Positions 31,163 to 40,846 of a stretch of 64,000 nucleotides of DNA are shown one piece after another. Position numbers and translations under genes: made by a program. The notes below the pieces were generated by a model that ran no database searches, was not told the origin of the DNA, and worked only from the letters and a program-made list of their open reading frames with translations. Source of the stretch: Asaia bogorensis (lineage in GTDB: Bacteria; Pseudomonadota; Alphaproteobacteria; Acetobacterales; Acetobacteraceae); the NCBI GenBank assembly GCA_945868845.1, contig CAMBMS010000014.1:2592-66591 (forward strand), written 5' to 3'. How positions within the stretch are numbered: position 1 is the first letter of the stretch; every line of letters starts with the position of its first letter.

Positions 31163-34100
31163 ATGGATATCGGTATCGCGCCCACCCTGGAAAGCCGTTT
31201 TACGGAGCATGATCGGCCGGTGCTGCTGTCTGGCATCCAGGCCTTGGTGCGGGTGCTGCTGGAGCAGCGGCATCTCGACCGGCTGGCGGGGCGAAGTACG
31301 GCAGGGCTGGTGACGGGCTATCGCGGCTCCCCCCTCGGCGGGCTAGACCGCGAGCTGTGGCATCGGCAGGCGATGCTGGATGCAAACGAGATAAAATTCC
31401 AGCCGGGGCTGAACGAGGATATGGCGGCGACTATGCTGTGGGGCAGCCAGCAATTGGACGCGTTCCCCGGTAAGAAGGTCGATGGCGTATTCGGCATGTG
31501 GTACGGCAAGGGCCATGGCGTTGATCGCACGGCCGATGTTTTTCGCAGCGCCAATATGCTTGGGACGGCCTCGCTGGGTGGCGTGCTGGCAGTGTCTGGT
31601 GACGATCACGCGGCGCAGTCTTCCACCCATCCGCATCAGACGGACCATATTTTCCAGGGTTGCATCATGCCGATTCTGTTCCCGGCGGATGTGCAGGATA
31701 TCCTGGATTTTGGGTTGGCGGGGATCGGTCTCTCCCGCTTCAGTGGCCTATGGGTGGCGATGAAGACGATCGCGGAGACCGCCGAACAGGCCTCCACTGT
31801 GATCGTGCCACATACGCGAGGTTTCGCGGACCCAGAGGGGTTTGAGATGCCGGGGTGTGGGCTGGGTTTCGATCCCAGCCTGCATTTCCCGCGCGACCGG
31901 GCGGAGCTGGAGCGGCGGGTGATCGAGGAGCGATTGCCGGCGGCTGTGGCTTGGGCGCGGGCGAACCGGATCGACCGGCTGGTTGCGGCGGGGGTGGATC
32001 CCACGGTGGGCATAGTAACGTCGGGCAAGGCGCATGCAGATGCGCTGCATGCGCTGGGCATGCTGGGCATGGCGGGCTCGCCGCAGGTGGCGGTTTACAA
32101 GGTGGGCATGGCCTGGCCGCTGGAGGCGGAGGGTATTCGCGATTTTGCGCGCGGCAAGCGGGTGTTGATCGTGATCGAGGAAAAGCGCGGCTTTGTGGAA
32201 ACGCAGGTGAAGGACGCGCTGTATCATCTGCGCGCCGATGAGCGGCCAGAGATCTTTGGGAAGACTTTTCCCAATGGAGAAAAACTTTTCCCCGCCGTGA
32301 TGGAGCTAGCGCCGGAGATCGTCGCCGGCGGGTTGTCGCGAGTGATGCGCTCCGCCGGATTAAACGTACAGGAGCCAGAAATTCTCGCGACCATGCAGCG
32401 GCCGGATGGGTTGTTGCGGCGCATTCCCGCTTTTTGCGCCGGCTGCCCGCACGGCACATCGACGCAATTACCGGATGGCAGTTTCGCCACCGCCGGCATT
32501 GGCTGCCACTTCATGGCGCAGGATGAGGGGCCGAATACGCGCACCTTCACCCAGATGGGTGGCGAGGGCGCGACCTGGGTCGGCATGGCGCCGTTCATGG
32601 ATATTCCGCACATGTTTGCCAATATGGGCGACGGGACGTATCAACATTCCGGGATTCTGCCCATTCGCCAGGCGATTGCGGCCGGCGCGACGATGACGTT
32701 CAAGATCCTGGTCAACGACGCGGTGGCGATGACGGGCGGGCAGCCGGCCGAGGGGCATCCGACAGCCATTTCCATAGCCGCGCAGGTGGCCGCTGAGGGG
32801 GCGGGCCGGATCGCGGTGGTGGCGGATGACGCGGATCGCTTGCCGGCGGCGAGCGAATTGCCGAAAGGCGCGACACGGCATGTGCGCGACGATCTGGATG
32901 CAGTGCAGCGGGAGCTTCGAGCCGTCCCCGGTGTGTCCGTGCTGATCTACGACCAGGTCTGCGCGACGGAAAAGCGGCGGCGGCGCAAGGCGAAGAAGCT
33001 TCCCGAGGCGACGCGGCATGTGATCATTAACGAGGCAGTGTGCGAGAATTGCGGCGATTGCACCGAGCAATCATCGTGCATCGCGATCGAGCCGGCGATG
33101 ACGGAGCTGGGGCGCAAGCGGCGGATTAATCCGACGAGCTGCAATGTCGATCTATCCTGTCTGAAAGGCTTTTGCCCGAGTTTTGTCACCATGGACGGCC
33201 CGCCGATGGCGCCGCCGGCGGATCATAGTTGGCGTGACCGGGAGCCGGACTTGGCAGCGGCGTTGCCGGAGCCGGTATTGCCGGCGGCGATGCCGTGGCG
33301 GGGATTGTTCGCGGGGATTGGCGGTGGCGGGATTGTGACGTCCGGCGAGATCGTCGCCATGGCGGCGCATATTGAGGGGCGCGAGATCAAGACGCTGCAT
33401 TTTACCGGGTTGGCACAGAAGAATGGCGCGGTAGTTTCCCACATCCAGATCGGTGCGGGTGACCAGCTGGATGTGGTGCGCATTCCCATGGGCACGGCCA
33501 ATGTGATGCTGGCCGCCGATATGGGGGTGGCTGCTGGTGTGGGCGTGCTCGAACGTTGCCGGATGGGCACGTCGGTGATTGGTAATCTGGACCTCACATC
33601 GGGGGCGCAGTTCAAGCACGATCCGCTGTTGGTAATCGATGCGGGGTTGCACCGGCGCACTATCGAACGGGTGACGGGGGCGGAGGGTTCTATTTATTTG
33701 CGTGCGAATACGTTGGCGGAGAAATTGTTCGGTAATACGCAGGCGATGAACACATTGCTGCTGGGCGTGGCCTGGCAGCGCGGGTTGGTGCCAGTGGGGG
33801 AGGCGGCGTTGCGGCGCGCGATTGAGTTGAACGGCGCTGCGGTAATGATGAATCTGCGGGCCTTTTTGTGGGGTCGGATTTTGGCGGTGCAGCCGGAACT
33901 GGCGGAGGGTATTCTGCACGGTAGCGCCGATATCCATCCGCCATCCGATCTGGATGCAGTGCTCGCGCAGCGGGCGGCGGCGTTAGTAGCGTATCAGAAT
34001 GAGGCGTACGCGGCGGTGTATCGGTTGCGTGTGCAAGCCGTGGCCCTACGGGAAGCAGAAATGTTCGGTAAGTCGGGACCGTTGGCGCTGGCGGCGGCGG

Positions 34101-34582
34101 AGGCATGGTTCCGGGTGATGGGTTATAAGGACGAGTACGAAGTGGCGCGGCTGATGACCGAGGCGGCGTATGACGCGGCGGCGAAGCCAGCGTTCCATAT
34201 GGCGCCACCGCTAATCACCAAGATCGATAGGCTGACGGGGCGACGAAAAAAGATCGCAGTGCCAGGGTGGCTGGCCTTGCCGTTGTTCCGGGTGTTGCGT
34301 CATGGCAAGCGGCTGCGCGGCTCGGCGCTGGATTTATTTGGACGGCAGGAGGATCGGCGGGCGGAACGGGCGATGATTCTCGCTTATGACGACGATATGC
34401 GAGTCGTGTTGAAGAAATTATCTCCGGCTTCATTGGGCGCGGCGTTGACGGTGGCGCGTTGGCCGGATGCGGTGCGTGGGTTTGGCTCCGTTAAGTTGGC
34501 CGGCTGGCATGCGGTGCAGGCGCGGCGACCTGCGCTGTTGGCGGCGCTAGATCGCGCGCCGCTGGCTACGGCGGCGGAATAA
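31163..34582 (+). CDS. Fused indolepyruvate:ferredoxin oxidoreductase family protein
   Basis: GYRGSPLGG, FCAGCPH, GDGTY.HSG, CENCGDC..C, TGLAQKNG, YKDEYEVARL. Confidence 0.93.
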   Translation: MDIGIAPTLESRFTEHDRPVLLSGIQALVRVLLEQRHLDRLAGRSTAGLVTGYRGSPLGGLDRELWHRQAMLDANEIKFQPGLNEDMAATMLWGSQQLDAFPGKKVDGVFGMWYGKGHGVDRTADVFRSANMLGTASLGGVLAVSGDDHAAQSSTHPHQTDHIFQGCIMPILFPADVQDILDFGLAGIGLSRFSGLWVAMKTIAETAEQASTVIVPHTRGFADPEGFEMPGCGLGFDPSLHFPRDRAELERRVIEERLPAAVAWARANRIDRLVAAGVDPTVGIVTSGKAHADALHALGMLGMAGSPQVAVYKVGMAWPLEAEGIRDFARGKRVLIVIEEKRGFVETQVKDALYHLRADERPEIFGKTFPNGEKLFPAVMELAPEIVAGGLSRVMRSAGLNVQEPEILATMQRPDGLLRRIPAFCAGCPHGTSTQLPDGSFATAGIGCHFMAQDEGPNTRTFTQMGGEGATWVGMAPFMDIPHMFANMGDGTYQHSGILPIRQAIAAGATMTFKILVNDAVAMTGGQPAEGHPTAISIAAQVAAEGAGRIAVVADDADRLPAASELPKGATRHVRDDLDAVQRELRAVPGVSVLIYDQVCATEKRRRRKAKKLPEATRHVIINEAVCENCGDCTEQSSCIAIEPAMTELGRKRRINPTSCNVDLSCLKGFCPSFVTMDGPPMAPPADHSWRDREPDLAAALPEPVLPAAMPWRGLFAGIGGGGIVTSGEIVAMAAHIEGREIKTLHFTGLAQKNGAVVSHIQIGAGDQLDVVRIPMGTANVMLAADMGVAAGVGVLERCRMGTSVIGNLDLTSGAQFKHDPLLVIDAGLHRRTIERVTGAEGSIYLRANTLAEKLFGNTQAMNTLLLGVAWQRGLVPVGEAALRRAIELNGAAVMMNLRAFLWGRILAVQPELAEGILHGSADIHPPSDLDAVLAQRAAALVAYQNEAYAAVYRLRVQAVALREAEMFGKSGPLALAAAEAWFRVMGYKDEYEVARLMTEAAYDAAAKPAFHMAPPLITKIDRLTGRRKKIAVPGWLALPLFRVLRHGKRLRGSALDLFGRQEDRRAERAMILAYDDDMRVVLKKLSPASLGAALTVARWPDAVRGFGSVKLAGWHAVQARRPALLAALDRAPLATAAE

Positions 34583-34593
34583 GGGGGGTACCA

Positions 34594-35730
34594 ATGCCAG
34601 ATGGGATAAATATTGGCGGCGATGCGCTGGTCATCGAAATGGCGCGAAAATTCGCCACCGAGCGCTTAATCCCGGGTGCGGCCGCGCGGGAGAAAGCGGG
34701 GAAGATCGAACCGGAGATTATTGCGGAACTTGGTGCGCTGGGAATTTTAGGGGCGACGACGCCGGCGGATTGGGAAGGGTCTGAGCTGGATTCTGTCACC
34801 TATGCGTTGCTGCTGGAGGAGATCGCGGCGGGGGATTGTTCCGTTTCGACATTGGTATCGGTGCATAATTCGCCGACCTGCGCGGTCCTAGATCGTTTTG
34901 GGACGGATGCGCAAAAGGAAAAATGGTTGCGGCCTTTGGCGCGCGGCGAGCATGTCGGGTCTTTTGCGTTGACGGAGCCGCAGGCGGGGTCGGATGCGTC
35001 TAATCTGCGGACCCGCGCGGTGAAGAAGGGTGACCGTTACGTGGTGAACGGGGCCAAGCAATTTATTACGTCGGGGTCGGTGCCGGGGAGCACCGTCTTG
35101 TTCGCGGTGACCGATCCGGGCGCCGGCAAGCGCGGGCTGTCGGCGTTTATCGTGGCCAAGGATGCGCCGGGCTATGTAGTGACGCGGGTGGAGGAAAAGC
35201 TTGGGCAGAAGGCGTCCGAGACCTGTGCGTTGTCGTTTGAGGATTTGGAAATTTCCGCCGCCCAGCGAATTGGCGCCGAGGGAGAAGGCTATCGGATCGC
35301 GCTCTCGACGTTGGAATCGGGACGGATCGGGATTGCGGCGCAGAGCGTGGGCTGCGCGCGCGCGGCGATGGAGTATGCCGTGGCCTATGCGAAGACACGC
35401 CAAGCCTTTGGGCAGGCGATCATCGATTTCCAGGCAGTGGGGTTCCGATTGGTGGAGGCGCGCACGAAGCTCGAGGCGGCTCGGCAATTGGTGTTGTACG
35501 CGGCGCGCCAGAAGGCGGCCGGCGAGAACGCGCTGGAGGCCGCGTGCATGGCGAAGCTGTTTGCCTCCGAAGTAGCCGAAAGCGTGTGCAGCGCTGCGAT
35601 CCAGACCCTGGGCGGCTATGGTTATCTGGCGGATTTTCCGGTGGAGCGGATCTGGCGCGATGTGCGGCTGTGCCAGATTTACGAAGGCACATCGGATATT
35701 CAGAAACTGATTTTGCAGCGCATGCTGTAG
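34594..35730 (+). CDS. Acyl-CoA dehydrogenase
   Basis: FALTEPQAGSDA, GRIGIAAQ, IYEGTSDIQ. Confidence 0.95.
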   Translation: MPDGINIGGDALVIEMARKFATERLIPGAAAREKAGKIEPEIIAELGALGILGATTPADWEGSELDSVTYALLLEEIAAGDCSVSTLVSVHNSPTCAVLDRFGTDAQKEKWLRPLARGEHVGSFALTEPQAGSDASNLRTRAVKKGDRYVVNGAKQFITSGSVPGSTVLFAVTDPGAGKRGLSAFIVAKDAPGYVVTRVEEKLGQKASETCALSFEDLEISAAQRIGAEGEGYRIALSTLESGRIGIAAQSVGCARAAMEYAVAYAKTRQAFGQAIIDFQAVGFRLVEARTKLEAARQLVLYAARQKAAGENALEAACMAKLFASEVAESVCSAAIQTLGGYGYLADFPVERIWRDVRLCQIYEGTSDIQKLILQRML

Positions 35731-35746
35731 GTGACAGGGGAGCAGA

Positions 35747-36292
35747 ATGGAAACGGCGATTTTGGGTGGCGGGTGCTTTTGGTGCCTGGAAGCCGTGTTC
35801 AAGGATTTGCACGGGGTGCAATCGGTGATGTCGGGCTATGCTGCCGGGCATGTGAAGAACCCGACCTATCAACTCGTCTGTTCCGCCACGACCGGGCATG
35901 CTGAAGTGGTTCGGGTGGTGTTCGATCCGGCCCAGCTGGATTACGCGGATTTGCTGCGCGTGTTCTTTACCATTCATGACCCTACAACGAAGGACCGGCA
36001 GGGTAATGACGTGGGGCCGCAATACCGATCGATCATCCTGACGACGTCGGATGCGCAGGTAGGGACGGCGAAGGTCGTGATGGCGGAAGTGGATACCTCC
36101 GGTATCTGGGGGGCCGGGATGGTGACGCAGCTCGAGCCGGCACCGGAGTTCTACGAGGCGGAACCGGAGCACCATGATTACTTTGCGCGCAATCCGTTTA
36201 CCGGCTATTGCCGGGTGGTGGTGGCGCCCAAAGTGGTGAAATTCAGAAAAATTTTCGCGGATCGGTTGAAGGCATCGTCGGCGGCAGAATAA
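35747..36292 (+). CDS. msrA: Peptide-methionine (S)-S-oxide reductase
   Basis: GGCFWC, TGHAEVV, QGNDVG.QYRS, AEPEHHDY. Confidence 0.96.
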   Translation: METAILGGGCFWCLEAVFKDLHGVQSVMSGYAAGHVKNPTYQLVCSATTGHAEVVRVVFDPAQLDYADLLRVFFTIHDPTTKDRQGNDVGPQYRSIILTTSDAQVGTAKVVMAEVDTSGIWGAGMVTQLEPAPEFYEAEPEHHDYFARNPFTGYCRVVVAPKVVKFRKIFADRLKASSAAE

Positions 36293-36312
36293 GCGCGCCT
36301 AGGGGAAACAAA

Positions 36313-37512
36313 ATGGATTTGAGATTTACCGCGGACGAAATTGCGTTTCGGGATGAGTTGCGGACGTTCTTTCGCTCGGCAGTGCCGGAGACGTCGCGGA
36401 GGAAAGTGGAGCAGGGGCATCCGCTGAGTCGCGATGATCTGATCGAATCGCAACGGATATTGAATGCGCGCGGATTAGCGGTGCCGCATTGGCCGGCGGC
36501 ATGGGGTGGCCGTGATTGGTCGCCCGTACAAATTTATCTGTATCAGGATGAGATGCAGCTTGCCTGCGTGCCGCCACCAGTGGCGTTCAATACGTCGATG
36601 GTGGGCCCGGTAATCGCGCAGTTTGGCAATGAGGAACAGAAACGTCGCTTCCTGCCGGCGACGGCGAATTGCGATATTTTCTGGTGCCAGGGATTCTCCG
36701 AGCCGGGCGCGGGTTCTGATCTGGCCGGATTGCGCACGCGCGCGGTGCGCGATGGTGCGAACTATCTGGTGAACGGCCAGAAAATCTGGACGACCTTGGC
36801 GCAATATGCCGATTGGATTTTTTGTCTCGTGCGCACCGATTCTGATGCCAAGAAACAGGAGGGAATTTCATTCCTGTTGATTGATATGAAGACACCGGGG
36901 ATCACAAGCCGGCCGATCCAGACGATGGAGGGCGGGCATGAGGTGAACGAGGTGTTTTTTGATAATGTGGTGGTGCCAGCGGAAAATCTGATCGGGCAGG
37001 AGAATAAGGGTTGGGATTACGCAAAATTCCTGCTGGGCAATGAGCGGACAGGGATCGCCCGCGTTGGCACATCGAAAGCACAGGTGCGGCGAATCAAGGA
37101 ATTGGCAGCCCTGGAGGTTTATGGCGAGAGGCGGTTGATCGACGATCCGGATTTCCGGCGCAAACTGGCGGCGGTGGAAGTGGAACTAAAATCGTTAGAA
37201 ATGACGCAGTTGCGGGTGGTGGCAAACGACCGCAAGCGTGGCGATAAGGGAAAGCCCGATCCGGCATCCTCGATCTTGAAGTTAAAAGGGTCGGAAATCC
37301 AGCAAAGTCTAACGGAACTGGTAATGGAAGTGGTGGGGCCGTTTGTGATGCCATACCAACCGGCGGGGATGGGGCAGAACGAGCCCGTCGTCGGGCCGGA
37401 TTATGCGACGCAAGCAGGACCGCGTTATTTTAACTATCGGAAGGTTTCGATCTATGGCGGATCGAACGAAATCCAACGCAATATCGTCGCTAAAGCCGTG
37501 TTGGGATTCTGA
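36313..37512 (+). CDS. pimC: Pimeloyl-CoA dehydrogenase large subunit-like ACAD
   Basis: MDLRFT, WCQGFSEPGAGSDLA, SIYGGSNEIQRNI; paired with small subunit. Confidence 0.82.
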   Translation: MDLRFTADEIAFRDELRTFFRSAVPETSRRKVEQGHPLSRDDLIESQRILNARGLAVPHWPAAWGGRDWSPVQIYLYQDEMQLACVPPPVAFNTSMVGPVIAQFGNEEQKRRFLPATANCDIFWCQGFSEPGAGSDLAGLRTRAVRDGANYLVNGQKIWTTLAQYADWIFCLVRTDSDAKKQEGISFLLIDMKTPGITSRPIQTMEGGHEVNEVFFDNVVVPAENLIGQENKGWDYAKFLLGNERTGIARVGTSKAQVRRIKELAALEVYGERRLIDDPDFRRKLAAVEVELKSLEMTQLRVVANDRKRGDKGKPDPASSILKLKGSEIQQSLTELVMEVVGPFVMPYQPAGMGQNEPVVGPDYATQAGPRYFNYRKVSIYGGSNEIQRNIVAKAVLGF

Positions 37513-37515
37513 GCG

Positions 37516-38643
37516 ATGGATTTCGAATTATCCGATGAGCAACGGTTGCTGAAAGACAGCGTAGAACGGCTGATCGCCGATCGTTATGGCTTTGAAAGCC
37601 GGAAAGCGTATCTGGCCGGCGCAGCGGGTTGGAGCGGCGACGTGTGGGCGCAATATGCCGATCTGGGACTGCTGGGGCTACCCTTCGCAGAGGAATATGG
37701 CGGGTTTGGTGGCGGGCCACTGGAGACGATGATCGTCATGGAGGCGTTTGGGCGCGGGTTGGTGCTGGAACCGTATTTTGCCACCGTAATTCTCGGCGGC
37801 GGCGTGTTACGCCATGCGGGAAGCGCGACGCAGCTTGCTGCCTTGTTGCCGCTGGTAGGGGCCGGAAAGTTAAAGCTCGCGCTAGCGCATGTGGAGCGGC
37901 ATTCGCGTTATGATCTGTCTCATGTCACCACCACGGCGCGACGGGTGGGCGGTGACTGGATGATCGACGGCGCGAAGAGCGTGGTGCTGCATGGGGATTG
38001 TGCCGATAAAATTCTAGTCAGTGCGCGCACGAGCGGCGGGGTGCGTGAGCGCGGCGGGATCGGGATTTTTCTGGTCGATGCGGCGGATGTGACACGGCAG
38101 AGCTATCCGACGCAGGATGGGTTGCGGGCGGCGGAGATTTCATTCGTAAACGCGCGCGCCGAGGCGGTGGGTGATCCCGCGAACGGGCTGGTGGTTCTGG
38201 AGCGGGTGACGGATGAGGCGGTGGCGGCGCTGGCGGCGGAATCCGTGGGGATCATGACGGAAATGCATGAGCTGACGGTAGAATATTTAAAAACGCGGCA
38301 ACAATTTGGTCGGCCGATCGGACAGTTCCAGGTGTTACAGCATCGCTCCGTAGATATGTTCGTGGCGTTGGAGCAGGCGCGGTCGATTACCTTGTATGCG
38401 ACGATGATGGCGGGTGACGACAATGCGATCGAGCGCGCGCGGGCGATGGCGGCGACGAAGGTGCAGGTGGGGAAGTCTGGGCGGCATATCGGCCAGGAAT
38501 GCGTCCAGCTGCATGGTGGGATTGGCATGACGGCGGAATACAAGGCTGGGCATTACTTCAAGCGGATGACTATGATCGATAAGATGTATGGCGATGCGGA
38601 TTTTCATTTGGCTGCGCTGGCGCGGATGGGTGGGATTTTCTAG
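37516..38643 (+). CDS. pimD: Pimeloyl-CoA dehydrogenase small subunit-like ACAD
   Basis: MDFELSDEQRLL, QFQVLQHR, QLHGGIGMT. Confidence 0.82.
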   Translation: MDFELSDEQRLLKDSVERLIADRYGFESRKAYLAGAAGWSGDVWAQYADLGLLGLPFAEEYGGFGGGPLETMIVMEAFGRGLVLEPYFATVILGGGVLRHAGSATQLAALLPLVGAGKLKLALAHVERHSRYDLSHVTTTARRVGGDWMIDGAKSVVLHGDCADKILVSARTSGGVRERGGIGIFLVDAADVTRQSYPTQDGLRAAEISFVNARAEAVGDPANGLVVLERVTDEAVAALAAESVGIMTEMHELTVEYLKTRQQFGRPIGQFQVLQHRSVDMFVALEQARSITLYATMMAGDDNAIERARAMAATKVQVGKSGRHIGQECVQLHGGIGMTAEYKAGHYFKRMTMIDKMYGDADFHLAALARMGGIF

Positions 38644-38685
38644 CGGGTGGGGGTGTGGGCCGGGGCCGAACCGTTTGAACCGCCA

Positions 38686-39468
38686 TTAACGCCCTGTCCA
38701 GACTGGGTCGCGTTTGTCCAAAAAGGCGTCGATCCCTTCGGCTGCGTCTTCGCTCCGCATGTTGCGCGCCATGACCTCGGAGGCGAAGCGATAGGCGTCC
38801 GCCAGCGGCATTCCCGCTTGGCGGTAGAAGGCTTCCTTGCCGATGGCGAGAGCCACCGGGCTTTTCGATGCGATTTGTGCGGCCAGCGCCGCTACCGCGT
38901 TTTTCAGGTTCGCGTCCGGCACTACGCGATTCACCAGGCCCATCGCCTGCGCTTGGTCGGCGCGGACCAGATCGCCGGTGAGCAGGAACTCCATCGCGGC
39001 CTTCTGCCCCACCGCGCGCGATAGCGCGACCATCGGCGTGGAGCAAAACAGCCCGATATTCACCCCTGGCGTGGCGAAGCTTGCGCTCTCTCCGGCGATC
39101 GCTAGATCGCAGGTCGCCACCAATTGGCAGCCCGCAGCGCTTGCCACCCCTTGAACCATCGCGATCACCGGCTGCCTAAGGTGAGCGATGCGCAGCATCA
39201 GGTCCGAGCACTGCGCGAACAAGCGCGGCAAATCTACATCCGAGCGCAATTCCCGCATATCGTGTCCGGCACTAAACGTAGCCCCGGCGCCGCCGATGAC
39301 CACCACCCGCACTGTCTGATCTACGCCGATCGCCAGAAATTCCGCATCCAGCGCCGCCATCAGCGAAACCGACAGCGCATTGCGCGCGCGCGGGCGATTC
39401 AGTGTCAGCCATGCCACTCCACTCGAATCCCGACGCAGCAACTCCGGCTCCTTGATACCTGCCACCAT
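38686..39468 (-). CDS. Enoyl-CoA hydratase/isomerase (ECHDC3-like)
   Basis: FSAGHDM, AAGCQLVATCD, PGVNIGLFCSTP. Confidence 0.92.
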   Translation of the reverse strand: MVAGIKEPELLRRDSSGVAWLTLNRPRARNALSVSLMAALDAEFLAIGVDQTVRVVVIGGAGATFSAGHDMRELRSDVDLPRLFAQCSDLMLRIAHLRQPVIAMVQGVASAAGCQLVATCDLAIAGESASFATPGVNIGLFCSTPMVALSRAVGQKAAMEFLLTGDLVRADQAQAMGLVNRVVPDANLKNAVAALAAQIASKSPVALAIGKEAFYRQAGMPLADAYRFASEVMARNMRSEDAAEGIDAFLDKRDPVWTGR

Positions 39469-39505
39469 GTCTCCCTCCCAATCCCTATCCACCGGATAGG
39501 GTATC

Positions 39506-39660
39506 TTATACCAAATCTCGGAGCGAGTGACCTATCGCAAGTAAGGACGGGCCTTGAGCTTGGAGGGAGATCGAGGGGAGCGCCGCTCCCCGGTTGGGGT
39601 ATGGGGTTAAGCCCCCCAATCTTACTCTCGGCACGTTACTCCCAACGAGACCTAGTATAA
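39506..39660. repeat. MITE/REP-like 155-bp element with imperfect terminal inverted repeats
   Basis: Left TTATACCAAATCTCG versus reverse complement of right end TTATACTAGGTCTCG; internal hairpin GGGGAGCGCCGCTCCCC. Confidence 0.7.
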
Positions 39661-39745
39661 AATGCCGCGTCGGAGGGGCGCATTTGCCGCCTGGGCGAGG
39701 AGTCGCTAGCCTTCTGCCCGTGCGAACCGTCGGAGGAGATAAGTC

Positions 39746-40834
39746 ATGAAAGCCGCCATCCTGCATGAGCCCCATCTGCCGCTGACCATTGAGGAGGTGC
39801 AGGTTGCCAAGCCGAGGCGGCGTGAGGTGTTGGTGCGGACTTCCTATGCCGGGTTGTGCCATTCGGACCTGCATTTCATGGAAGGCCTGTATCCGCATCC
39901 GATGCCGGTCATCCTTGGCCATGAGTCGGCAGGGATCGTTGAGCAGGTAGGTGAGGATGTGACCTATGTGAAGCCGGGCGATCATGTTGTTACCTGTTTG
40001 TCAGTGTTTTGCGGCACATGTTCGCAATGCGTCACCGGGCATCCGAATATCTGTGAAAATACGGAGGTGAAACTGCTGCCTGGTCAGGCACGGCGGCTGT
40101 CGTGGAAAGGCCAGCCAGTCCACCAGTTCGCCAATCTGTCGTCGTTTGCCGAGCAGATGCTGGTGCATGAAAACGCGGTGGTAAAGATCAAGGACGATCT
40201 GCCACTCGATCGCGCCGCTATCGTCGGCTGTGGAGTGATGACGGGGGTGGGCGCGGTGTTCAACGCGGCAAAGGTGGAGCCAGGTTCGACCGTCGCCATT
40301 ATCGGCTGTGGCGGGGTGGGACTTTCAGCCGTTAACGGCGCGGCGCTGGCCGGCGCGGAGCGCGTGATCGCCATCGACACTGTGGCGGAAAAACTGGAAA
40401 TCGCGCGTGCCGTCGGGGCTACCGATACGATTAATGCCTCCAACGTCGATGTCGTGGCGGCGATCAAGGAGATGACCGGCGGTGGCGTGCATTATTCGTT
40501 TGAAGCGCTTGGCCTAAAGAGCACGGCCGAGCAGTCCTTTCAGATGCTACGTCCCGGCGGTACGGCCACCATTATCGGCATGGTGCCGTTCGGCGTGAAG
40601 ATCGAACTGCATGGCGCCGATTTCCTGCGCGACCGGAAGATCCAGGGCACGTCGATGGGCGGTAACCGCTTCCGCGTTGATATGCCACGCCTTTTGGAAT
40701 TGTGGCGCCAGGGAAGGCTGAAGCTAGATCATTTGATTACCGGCACTATCAAATTCTGCGACATCAACGATGGGTTTGCTCGTTTGAAGACCGGCGCGCC
40801 GGTGCGTCAGCTCATCGATTTTGCCAATTCCTAA
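39746..40834 (+). CDS. Zn-dependent alcohol dehydrogenase
   Basis: CHSD, GHE.AG, CxxCxxC, GCGGVG. Confidence 0.94.
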   Translation: MKAAILHEPHLPLTIEEVQVAKPRRREVLVRTSYAGLCHSDLHFMEGLYPHPMPVILGHESAGIVEQVGEDVTYVKPGDHVVTCLSVFCGTCSQCVTGHPNICENTEVKLLPGQARRLSWKGQPVHQFANLSSFAEQMLVHENAVVKIKDDLPLDRAAIVGCGVMTGVGAVFNAAKVEPGSTVAIIGCGGVGLSAVNGAALAGAERVIAIDTVAEKLEIARAVGATDTINASNVDVVAAIKEMTGGGVHYSFEALGLKSTAEQSFQMLRPGGTATIIGMVPFGVKIELHGADFLRDRKIQGTSMGGNRFRVDMPRLLELWRQGRLKLDHLITGTIKFCDINDGFARLKTGAPVRQLIDFANS

Positions 40835-40846
40835 GGATCAATCATC

